Part shown: positions 22,380 to 34,240 of the stretch, piece after piece
How positions within the stretch are numbered: position 1 is the stretch's first letter
How the letters are laid out: the number at the start of each line of letters is the position of its first letter
Source of the DNA: Torpedo marmorata
Lineage: Eukaryota
Direction: 5' to 3'
NCBI GenBank assembly: GCA_977017645.1
Contig: OZ360219.1
Coordinates: 41,292,001 to 41,356,000, forward strand
Length of the DNA stretch: 64,000 nt
The notes under the pieces: generated by a model
What the model saw: only the letters and a program-made list of their open reading frames with translations
Databases searched by the model: none
What the model was told of the DNA's origin: nothing
Translations under genes and position numbers: made by a program

Positions 22380-23950
22380 TTTCCTCATCCAAACCTACAC
22401 CATGTGACCATTTAGGTACTCGGGACCACTGCCAGTGGCAGCCCACTAGTCACAGCCTCTTAATTAAAAAGTGACCTATTTATTTCAACTGATTTTTGTC
22501 TATTAATAAATGGGATAAATAATAAGACCTCAAAAAACCTCCACAATCTTCCTTTTATGAATCCACATTGCGCCTGACCAATCCTACCATATTTTCTAAG
22601 TACCCCCTTACAATTTCTTTAAATAATACATTAAAGCATTTTCCCTCATCTTGGCACTTGGGCAACTGGTGTGCAGTTCGCCATTTTCCTCTTTTCCTCT
22701 TTTCTTAAATAGGTTCGAGAGTAGCAAATGTAGCTCCACTATGGATGGTGTTCTTGAATATGTGGAATTTTGAAATATGACAGTCAGTTGAATCCACTAT
22801 CTCCATCTAAAGCCACCTCTTTCAAAACCTTGAATGAAGGACTGAAGGTTATCAGGACTTGGTGATTTATCAGCTTTTTCTCCATTTAATTTTTCACCAG
22901 TGCTAATTTCTGTCTGCTACCTTGTTAAATCTAGACCCTGCTATTCTTCATTATTTCTGAGAGGTTTTCTGTGTCTTCCATAAGACAGATGCAGAGAAAA
23001 AGAGTTAATAATTCAAATCAAAGAACCTTCAGCAGAACATCATTTCAACCTATTAACTGAGCTGCTGAGTGTTTTGCGCATTTTCTATTTTTGTTTAACT
23101 TCTGTGCTGTTTTCTCATTGTCCAAAATAATTACTCCACTCTTGGTCTGTAGTTAACTCTTGCTAATCTTTTCCCTTTTGTCTATAGGTTTGATATCTGT
23201 GTTTTTTGCTAGCCTGCTCTCACATTCTGTTTTCTCTTTCCTTATTACTTTGATCTTGTGCTAAGTTCTGAAATTTTCCCAAACCTTGGGTTTACTGGTC
23301 TTTTAGTCAATATTGCAAGGCTTTACCTTCATTCTAAATCTTTCTTCAACTTGTCGTTAATCATGAAAGAACTACTTTTACTATTAGGTTTTTATGTCCT
23401 ATGTGTGTGTATATTTGTAAATAAATTAATTCTTTAAATGTTAGCCATTGCTTGTTTATTATCATTACTTTTAATTTAGTTTTCCAGTCTACTGTAGCCA
23501 ACTCGTGCTACATACCTTTACAGATTGCTTTGTTTGTATTTAAGATCCTGGTGTCAGATTGAATAAAGTGACCTTTATTCTTTAGATATAATTTTGTTAT
23601 TTTGTGAACATTGTCATGTAAGGGACATATGAGAGAGAACAGATTATTAATTAACTCTCTCATTGCATATTACTAGGTCAAAAACAACAAAACTAGAAAA
23701 CCATTTTCTATGCACTCTAAGAATTTGTTATCTGAACAATTACTGTTAATTTGTTTTTCTGTGTAGATAATAGTCCTGCATGATTTTTGATTTACTCATT
23801 ATTTGCACCTGTAATTTTATAATTTCCAGTTGTGCTAGTAACCCCTATTTTTGGCAGCCTGTAAATAACTGCCATTAATATTTTTTGCATCTTGTTGTTT
23901 CCTAGCTCAACCTAAACTGATTCATGATTTTTGTTTCTTCAACAATTATT
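22380..23950 (-). mobile_element. Highly decayed CR1 ORF2 remnant
   Basis: Patchy reverse-complement similarity to 50900-52150; no intact ORF. Confidence 0.5.
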
Positions 23951-26900
23951 ATGACTTTGAAAATTATTTCAGTAAAATATTTCTCCTTGGATGTTTTATG
24001 TCTCCTAAATACCATTTAATTTCTTTTGATTACTCTCTTTTGTTCCTATGGTCTTGTGCCAGTACAACTTTTACTGATGAACAGTGTCCTGCTTCCATTT
24101 TAGGTTCTTTTGAGGTCAACTGTGTATTCTCATTTATATTTTTGTTTTACTCCCCATTCATGTTTGAAATATGTTTAAGTACATTCTAGTTCTGATTAAT
24201 ATACATAAAGCATTAGTCCATAAGGTCTTTCAACAGATGTTGACTAGCCTAGAGTTTTTAGCTTTACCTTCATTTCAAGCATCTACAGTTTTTATTTATT
24301 AATTCATTTTGATTTTCTTCTGTCATCCATTTGTGTAACGTGTGTAATTTTTAGTTTCAATATGAAAATAATTAGCACTTTTTAATGGTCTTAATGGCTG
24401 CACGCTTTTTTTTCCCCTGGAGCAATCTATAATGAGCAGGCTTCTTTTTTTCCCAGTTAGAGTTGAGATTCCCTATTGACTTGACTTCAGACCTCTTGGG
24501 GCAGCAAATGCCATTTGTCTTCAGGGCGAGAGTTGCCAAACAGACAGACCATGGACTAATAGAACACACTTTACACAGACTCAAGATTGGAGAGGCATTA
24601 ATGATCATCTGTTGTAAGCTTGTGTGTAGTAGCAGGAGGGAGCCACTTTTTATCACCCACAGTGAAATCAAATTGATCACAAAAGCACTTGACTGACCTA
24701 AAGTCTGTCAATTCAAATTAATTCAGAATCATTTTTGCAAAATGATGAACGTTCATTATGTGGAAGGAATTGTTGGATTATGTTAAATTTGTATTTATTA
24801 TTTATCAATAGTTGTAATGATCACCCCAATAAACTCTAAAAGAAAACTTTACCAACTTTCAAGAATGTCTTTTCTAGTATGATTATTTCTGATTGTGACA
24901 GTTTATTCTCGATCTTAATCTAATACTGTCATCCTTATCGGTGTGAATATTTTTGTTCCTGTTCCAACCTTTTTTGACGATAAGTATGACAATTTGGAGT
25001 GAAATTTTGGCAGATTTGAGCCCAGTGGCAATTGAATTAACATCCTGTACAGAATTTGACATAGTGCATAGCAGCTGCAGAGAGTTAAGTCTTGTGGGCT
25101 ACAGCAGAATTAAGTTGGTCTTGAAGGGGAGAGTGGGTTTATGTGATATTCACTCATTTCTTTCTTCCAAAGTCGGTTTAAAATTTACAATGAGGTATTT
25201 TTGTGCATCAGCAAAATTTTATATATGTTGGTGAATTTTCTGTTGGAAAGTATAATGTGTCAGTTGATAGTTACCGGTAATTCTTTCTGCATTGAAGGTG
25301 CAACATAGTTTATTCATAATCATATGAATTGGAAAAAGTTCTTGTGCTGTTACATTTTAGAAACTTATAGACACATTTAAAAATATTACTATAATTGAAG
25401 TGTTCCATGTACATGATTAATGCTGATCAAACCATGGGTAAACTTTTCAGCCAATTGCATTCATTTCAAAATAATGTTTTTTCCCAGCACTGATGAGAAA
25501 GGAAAATGGGAAAAAAATATTAATGTTGGTTGATGCAGGAATATTCAAGTAAAATTCAGATGAACCAATTGTGTAGTTCATTTTCTGCAACTTGCACTTT
25601 AAATATGTTGAGTGGCGGAATAAGTTTGCATTTGGGTAAAGTACTTGCATTCACAAACAATAAATTAAGTTAATCCCTTGTGACATTGTTCACTGTCCTG
25701 CTTCTTGCAGTCTTCATGATTGTCGGTCATAATCTGTCCCGTATCTTTCTGATCAGTCTATTTTTTCCTTGTTTTGTCTGCTCAGTCTTTATCTCCAATA
25801 CCAAAATGAACATCTTTCATTGCCCAATCTCTCCAATTTCTTGTACCCATCTGTCTCTCTCCTAATCTATGAACCTTGGCTTTGCCTGTCATAGTCTTGC
25901 AATAACTGATTTTGCAGTCTGTCTCTTCGTGATCAGTTTGTCTTTGTATGAAACCTTCTGCCCCATCTGTCTCCCTTGTCTCATATCACATACCCTTTGC
26001 TATTTCTGCTACTGTTTCTCTGTACCATCATATCCTTTCTGCTATTATATGCTTACTAATCTACTCACACATTCAGATATTCCATACATAATTTGCAGGA
26101 TTGAAGGGAGTGGTGCATATTCTTGGAACTAAGGAATTAGCATAAGATAAGTTGCTTGCCTAATAACAAATGGACATAACTGCACAATGGTGGCAACTTT
26201 TACAAAGAATTTTCTGTTATAATTCTCCACGGCCTCTTCGCCTGGACATTTTGGGGAAAAATTTTGTTCATCATATTTCCAGTGTTAGAAACAACAGTTT
26301 GCACTTGCAAATAGCACCTTTAACACAGTGATGAATCTGAAAGTTCTTGAAAATTCTCAAACAAGATTTGATGCTGAGCCACGTAAAGAGATACAAGACA
26401 GATGACCAGGAGCTTGGTTAAAAAAAAGTTTTTAAGAAAAAATAAATGAGGCAAAAAATAGACAGCCTTTTGTGGTGGGGTGAGGTGGTAGATTTTGATC
26501 TAAGGCAGCTGAAGCATGTTAAAGTGATTAAATTAAAATAGTGGATCCACAATATTTAATAATTGAAGGTATGAAGTGATCCCTTGGGGTTTATATCTGA
26601 AGAATGTTACAGCAATGGGGTGAGACCATGGAAAATTTGAAAACTTGGAAGATCTTATTTTTAACATCAAGGAAGTCAGTACATACCAGTAAACACAGAG
26701 GTAATCTTCCTTACTTACCTAGAAAGTGGTCATTTGTCCAATCAGCTCCAGACCGTTTCCCAGCAGAGTAATTAAGTCAGTTCCATTTTACTGCTCTTTA
26801 TTTCCCTGTAGCTCCACAAGTTATTCTCTGTCACATGCCCAGCAAGTCTCCCTTTTAATTCTTTGCCATTAACCTACACTAAGGGCTAATTTACAGTTGC

Positions 26901-28684
26901 AAATAAACCTCAGCACATTTTTGGGAGGAAACCTGGAGATTATGCAAAACACACACACAGACGCACACATCCCCTGAGGTCATGATTGAACCCAAATGCT
27001 CATAATTGTAAGGCAGCAAGTTGGACTTCCACCATGATGGGAGTTTGTGTGTGAGGTAAAGGTATTAGCAGCAGAGTTCTGGGTGACTTCAAGTATATTG
27101 AGCATTCTCACATCTGAGTTGCATGATAACAGATTCAGATTCTGAGTCAGAGATTTGAGAACACAAGCTTAATGTATTTAAAGTACGAAAGAGATCTTTA
27201 CTATTAAGTTGTATAATTTATTTTGCACTCATCAAATGAGGAAAGACATTTCAGACATGAGAATAGAATCAAAAATTGATTCAAACAGGGACACTTTAAC
27301 AGGCATTTAAATTAAAAAAAACAGATTTGGAAAGTATTCCTGAAATTATAAACATGACGGCTGAAGGCTCCATCTCCAGCAATACCGTACAACCAGTACA
27401 GTCTCCATCAATACCAGAGCACCACAGGGCTGCGTTCTTAGCCCCCTGCTCTATTCAATTTACACCTATGACTGTGTGGCTCAGTACGACAATAGCACCA
27501 TCTACAAATTTGCTGACGATACCACGGTAGCAGGTTGTATAAAAAGGGGCGATTGAAAGCTTTCAAAGCAATGCTAGATAATTGACAGATTCATATGCCA
27601 CTGATATGTCAATGAAAGATTATGTCAGTGCTTTCTTTGTAAAAAATTCAATTAATCCTGCTTGGATGCAGTATTAATAGTTCACAACAAAGATAGTGAT
27701 ATACTGAATATAAAAGTTGGAGAACTGTCAATTACTTCAGTCTTTAATACACCAACCATAGATTTGAATTTTCAAACTAAGGTTGCATCCACAAACCCAA
27801 GCTTTCATAGCAACTAACAAGCACAGCCACAACAAAGATGCAACACTGAAAATGTAAATGCAGGTGAACTCCATTCATGACCCAAGCTCTTTAATAATAG
27901 ACACTGACAAGACTGAAGTTCTGACCTCAAGTATGTCAACAGCAACCTTGTGGCATGAGGACATTCATGGGCTGAACCCCATATTCACTACACTGCTGCA
28001 CCAGAACCTGAATCCCTCATGCTGCAACACTAAAGGCAATACCTTTCTGCATCACTGCTTTAATTTCAGGACAGTAAACTGCCAGAATGTCACAGCATTC
28101 TTGACAAAGTTGTGGTGATCATCAAGGCTGTTGCAAAAAATGGCATTATTTGTTCAAACAATGAAACACCCTGTCAGAAAGCATTCCATGAGACAACTGA
28201 ACAAACTAAATACTTGTAAATGTCAAGGCCACTGTTTACAAATATGTGGAACTAATCAGGTTGAAAAGACATGGTTAGTAAGGGAGGAGAGCTTGTCGCT
28301 GGAATGGCAGAATCTGGTAGAAAACACTGATGTTACACCATGGCAAGAACACTTGGTTAGCAATTAAGAGGTTGAGTAATGATCTACATAAAGCAGAGTA
28401 ACACTACAACATAACAACTAATCAGGAAGCACACCAGTGACTTAATAATGGCAATTTATTTGAAACAAAGACCAGTATAGGAAATTCCAAGTGTTCTCTT
28501 TAGCATAAAGCAAACAGAAACTGCCTTTGTTAGAAATCTGAAATAAAACAGAAAATACTGGAAATACTTAGCAGGTCTGGCAGTGTTTGGGAAGTGAGAA
28601 ACGTAATTTAAGGAAAAATAGTTTCAATGACCAGTTTTCAGCAGCAGAAATGGCAATCATCAATGGTAATCAAAAAAATCATGA

Positions 28685-31600
28685 TTGAATAGGGGATTCT
28701 ATAGTTAGGTAAACAGATAAGAGGTTCTGTGGAAGAGATTGAGAATCCCAGATGGTCTGTTGCCTCCCTGGTGCCAGGGTCCAGGATATCTCAGATGGAG
28801 TTCACGGCATTCTCAGGAGGGAGGGTGAGCAGCCAGATGTCGTGGTCCATGTAGGGACCAATGACGTAGGTAGGAAGAGTGATGAGGTCCTGCAAAGAGA
28901 GTTCAGGGAGTTAGGCGCAAAGTTGAAGGTCAGGACCTCCAGGATTGTGATCTCAGGATTGCTACCCGTGCCACGTGCTAGTGAGGTTAGAAATAGGAGG
29001 ATAATGCAGCTTAACACGTGGCTAAAGACATGGTGCAGGAGGGAGGGCTTCAGGTTTCTGGATCATTGGGCTCTCTTCCAGGGAAAGTGGAACCTGTTCT
29101 GAAGGGACGATTTGCATCTGAATTGGAGGGGGACGAATATCCTTGTGGGAAGGTTTGCTAGTGCTGCTCCAGGGGGTTTAAACTAGATTTGCAGGGGGAT
29201 GGGAACCGCAGTGCCAGAGTAGGTAGGGGAGCAGAGGAGGGAAAAGATGATGTGAAAATTGCATGTAATGTTAGAAATCACAGGGTTGCACACTGTGGAA
29301 ATGTTCTCAGGTGCATCTATTTCAGTGCAAGGAGCATTGTAGGAAAGGCAGATGAGCTTAGAGCGTGGATTGGCACGTGGAATTATGATATTGTGGCCAT
29401 TAGTGAAACTTGGTTGCAGGACTGGCAGCTCAATGTTCCGGGGTTCTGCTGCTTTAGACGCGATAGAACGGGGGGGATGAAAGGGGGGGAGTGGCATTGC
29501 TCGTCAGAGAAAATATCACTGCTGTGCTCAGGCAAGACAGACCAGAAGGCTCGTCTTCTGAGGCAATATGGGTGGAGCTGAGGGACAGGAAAGGCATGAC
29601 CACACTCATGGGGTTGTATTATAGACCACTCAATAGTCAACAAGAATTGGAGGAGCAAATCTGTAGATAGATAGCAGACAGCTGCAGGAAACATAAGGTC
29701 GTGATAGTAGGAGATTTTAACTATCCACATATTGACTGGGACTCCCATACTGTAAAAGGGCTGGATGGCTTGGAGTTTGTCAAATGTGTTCAGGAAATTT
29801 TTCTAAATCAATATATAGAGCTACCAACTAGAGAGAGTGCAATACTGGATCTCCTATGAGGGAACAAGACAGGACAGTTGACATAAGCATGTGTAGGGGA
29901 ACATTTTGGGTCCAGTGATCATAATGCCATTAGTTTCAAGTTAATTATGGAGAAGGATAGGTCTGGTCCTTGGGTGAGATTCTAAATTGGAGAAAGGCCA
30001 ATTTTGAGGAAATGAGAAAGGATCTAGAATGCGTGGATTGGGATAAGTTGTTTTCTGGCAAAGATGTGTGAGGTAAGTGGAAGACCTTCAAAGATGAAAC
30101 TATGAGAGAACAGAGTTTGTCAGGATTCGGGACCGGGGTTCGAATCCCGTGCTGTCTGTAAGGAGTTTGTATGTTCTCCCTGTGTCTGCGTGGGTTTCCT
30201 CCAGGTGCTCTGGTTTCCTCCCACCGTTTGAAATGTACCACGAGTTGTAGGTCAATTGGGTGTAATTGGGCGGCACGGGCTTATGGGTCGAAATGGCCTG
30301 ATACCGTGCTGTATGTCTAAATTTAAAGGCAAGGTTAACAGGCATAGGGAACCTTCGTTTTCGAGGGATATTGGGGATCTGGTTTGGAAGAAGTGAGAGG
30401 GGAATAGCAGGTATAGGAAACACGGAGCAAATGAGGTACTTGAGGAGTATAAAAAATGCAAGAAAAAGCTCAAGAAATAAATCAGTAAGGTTAAAAGAAG
30501 ACATGAGGTTGCTTAGGCAGACAATGTGAAGGAAAATCCTAAGGGTTTCCACAGGTATATTAAGAGCAAAAGGATAGTAAGGGACAAAATTGATCCCCTT
30601 GAAGATCAGAGTGGTCAGCTATGTATGGAGCCAAAAGAGATGGGGGATATCTTAAATGGGATTTTTGCATCAGTATTTACTCAGGAAACTAGCACAGAGT
30701 CAAGGAAAGTTAGGAAAACAAGTAGTGAGGTCATGGAACCGATACAGATTAAAAAGGAGGAGGTGTTTGCTGTCTTAAAGCAAATAAGGGTGGACAAATC
30801 CCCGGGGCCTGACAAGATATTCCCTCGGACCTTGAGGGAGGCTAGTATAGAAATTGCAGGGGTTCTGGCAGAAATATTTAAAAGTCCTTAGCCACGGGTG
30901 TGGTGCTGGAGGGTAGCTCATGTTGTTCTGCTGTTTAAAAAAGGCTTCAAAATTAACTCTGGAAATTATAGGCTGGTGAGCCTGACGTCAGTAGTAGGTA
31001 AATTATTGGAAGGTGTTCTAAGAGATCGGATATACAAGTATTTGGATAGCCAAGGATTGATTCGGGATAGTCAACATGGCTTTGTGCATGCTAGGGCGTG
31101 TTTAACCAATCTGATAGAGTTTTTCGAGGAGGTTACTAGGAAAGTTGATGAAGGAAAGGCTGTGGATGTAGAGTACATGTACTTCAGTAAGGCCTTTGAC
31201 AAGGTCCCACATGGGATGTGAGTCAGGAAGGTTCAGATGCTCGGTATTCATGGTGAGGTAATAAACTGGATTCGACATTGGCTATACGGGGGAAGCCAGA
31301 GAGTGGTGGTGGATGATTGCTTCCCAGACTGGAGGCCTGTGACCAGTGGTGTGCCTCAGGGATCGGTGCTGGGACCATTGTTGTTTGTCATCTATATCAA
31401 TGATCTGGGTGATAATGTGGTAAATTGGATCAGCAAATTTGCAGATGACACTAAGATTGGAAGGGTTGTGGACAGCAAGGAAGGTTTTCAAAGCTTGCAG
31501 AGGGATCTGCACCAGCTGTAAAAATGGGCTGAAAAAAGGCAGATGGAATTTAATGCAGACAAGTGTGAAGTGCTGCATTTTTGTAGGACAAACCAAGAAA

Positions 31601-32350
31601 GGATGTACACGGTAAATGGTAGGGCACTGATGAGTGCGGTAGAACAGAAGGAACTGGGAATACAGATACATAGTTACCTGAAAGTGGTGTCACAGGTAGA
31701 TAGGGTTGTAAAGAGAGCTTTTGGCATATTGGCCTTCATAAATCAAAGTATTGAGCAGAGCAGTTGGGATGTTATGGTAAAGTTGTATAAGACATTGGGG
31801 AGGCCAAATTTGGAGTATTGTGTGCAGTTTTGGTCACCTAACTACAGGAAAGATATCAATAAAGATAGAAAGAGTGTAGAGAAGATTTACTAGGATGTTG
31901 CCCGGACTTCAGGAACTGAGTTTCAGGGAAAGGTTAAACAGGTTAGGACTTTATTCCCTGGAGCGTAGAAGAATGAGGGAAGATTTAATAGAAGTATTTA
32001 AAATTATGAGGGGGATAGACAGAGTAAATGTTGGTAGGCTTTTTCCACTAAGGGTAGGTGAGATACAAACCAGAGGACATGGGTTAAGGGTGAAAGGGGA
32101 AAAGTTTATGGGGAACATTAGGGGGAACTTCTTCACATAGAGAGTGGTGGGAGTGTGGAATGAGCTGCCAGTTGAAGTGGTGAATGCGGGCTCAATTTTA
32201 ATAGAAGAATTTGGCCACGTACATGGATGGTAGGATATGGATGGCTATGGACTGGATGCAGCTCAATGGGACTAGGCAGAAAAATAGTTTGGCACAGACT
32301 AAAGGGCTGAAGGGCCTGTTTCTGTGCTGTAATGTTCTGTGATTGTATGC
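28685..32350 (+). mobile_element. CR1 LINE (HER1-like), near full length, with ORF1 SGNH-esterase domain, APE endonuclease and RT; multiple stops and frameshifts
   Basis: ORF1 VCCLPGARVQD...VHVGTNDVG...ISGLLP; APE NYDIVAISETWL...GDFN...SDH; RT KSPGPDKI, FSKAFDKVPH, SGVPQGSVLGPLLF, KFADDTK; 3' tail gggctgaagggcctgtttctgtgctgtaatgttct. Confidence 0.93.
30128..30324 (+). mobile_element. 5'-truncated V-SINE nested in the CR1
   Basis: Same family as 9224-9485 (ggttcgaatccc B-box, V-domain, ctaaattt tail); it interrupts CR1 ORF2. Confidence 0.85.
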
Positions 32351-32542
32351 TTCTATGAATAGCGGAGGAGACTCGATAGGCTGAATAGCCTATTTCTGAT
32401 CCTATGTCTTGTGGTATGAAGACGAGTATTGCCACAGATCTTGACAGCATCCAAAGAAATGGTTATAGAGAGGAAGTAGCAACAGAGATTGATCAACATC
32501 TGCAAACAATACAATAGTTTATCAAACATCTGTAAAAATATA

Positions 32543-34240
32543 CAGAATCAGAATCAGAATTTATTGTCATGATCAAGTCATGAAATTTGGTGTTTTGCGG
32601 CAGCATCATAGTGCAATTAACATTCATATTAACCATCTAACGACATTACTATAAAAATTATAAACAATAGTGCACGAAAAGTAAGGCAGTGTCTTTGGTT
32701 CATTGATTATTCAGGAATCTGATGGCATCGGGGAAGAAACTGTCCTTGTGCCGTTGAGTGCTCGTCTTTAGGCTCCTGTACCTTTTCCCCGATGGAAGCA
32801 GAGTAAAGAGGGCATGGCCTGGGTGGTGGGGGTCTTTGAGGATAGAGGCTGCTTTTTTAAGACACCGCCTCATGTAGATGTCCTCAATGGGGTGAAATTT
32901 GGTGCCTGTGATGTCACAGGCCGAGATAACAACCCTCTGGAGTTTACTCTTGTCCTGGGAGTTGGCGCCTCCATACCAGGCAGTGATGCAACCAGCCAGA
33001 ATGCTCTCCACGGTACACCTGTAGACGTTTACGAGAGTCTTTGGTGACATACCGAATCTCCGCAGACACCTCACAAAGTATAGCCGCTGACGAGCCTTCT
33101 TTGTGATTGCATCAACGTGGATGCTCCAGGACAGATCCTCGGAGATGTTGACACCCAGGAATTTGAAGTTCTTGACCCTCTCCACGACTGAGCCCTCGAT
33201 GAGGACTGGGTCGTGTTCCCCTGACTTCTTCCTGAAGTCCACAATCATCTCCTTGGTTTTGCTGACGTTGAGCTCAAGGTTGTTGCCATTACACCATTCA
33301 ACGAGCTGATCTATCTCCCTCCTGTACGCTTCCTCATTGCCGTTTGTGATTCTGCCGACAACTGTGGTGTCATCGGCAAACTTGTAGATGGCATTGGAAT
33401 TGTGCCTGGCCATACAGTCATGGGTGTATAATGAGTAGAGCAGTAGACTAAGCACGCATCCTTGGGGTGCTCCTGTGTTGATAATCAGTGAGGAGGAGAC
33501 GTTGTTTCCAATTCGTACTGACTGTGGTCTTCCGATGAGAAAGTGAAGGATCCAGTTGCAGAGGTGGGTACAGAGACCTAGAGTTTGTAGCTTCTTGACC
33601 AGCACTGAGGGAATAATGGTATTGAAGGCCGAGCTGTAGTCGATGAAGAGCAGCCGTATGTATGAATTGCTGTTTCCGAGGTGATCCAGAGCTGAGTGGA
33701 GAGCCAGCGATATTGCATCTGCTGTGGAGCGATTGTGGCGATAGGCGAATTGCAGTGGGTCCAGATCTCAAAGTATTTCATCACAGTAGAAGTTAGTGCT
33801 ACTGGGCGGTAGTCATTGAGGCAGCCCACACTACTCTTCTTGGGTACCGGGATGATTGATGCCCTTTTGAAGCAGGTGGGAACCTCTGACTGCCGCAATG
33901 AGAGGTTGAAAATGTCCGTGAACACTCCGGCTAGTTGGTTGGCGCAGATTTTCAATACCCTGCCAGGTACGCCGTCAGGGCCTGACGCCTTGGAGGCTTC
34001 ACCCTCTTGAATGATGTTCTGACGTCGCCCTCAGAGACAGATATCACAGGGTCCTCAGCCTTTTCAGTGATTCCAGTAGGCACTGTTTGGTTTTTCTTCT
34101 CAAAGCGGGCATAGAAGGTGTTCAGCTCATCGGGTAGTGAAGCATCACAGCCGTCTATAGTGTTCGCCCTCGCTTTGTAGGCTGTATTGGCCTGCACTCC
34201 CTGCCATAGCTGGCGTATGTGTTGTTGCACTTCTGAGAAT
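32543..34240 (-). mobile_element. Rex1/Babar LINE, 5'-truncated, young
   Basis: ORFs 33952-34254, 33578-33955 and 32700-33605 ([27 protein letters not shown]). The 3' part is nearly identical to 20923-21746, with a (ttctga)n tail. Confidence 0.92.
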
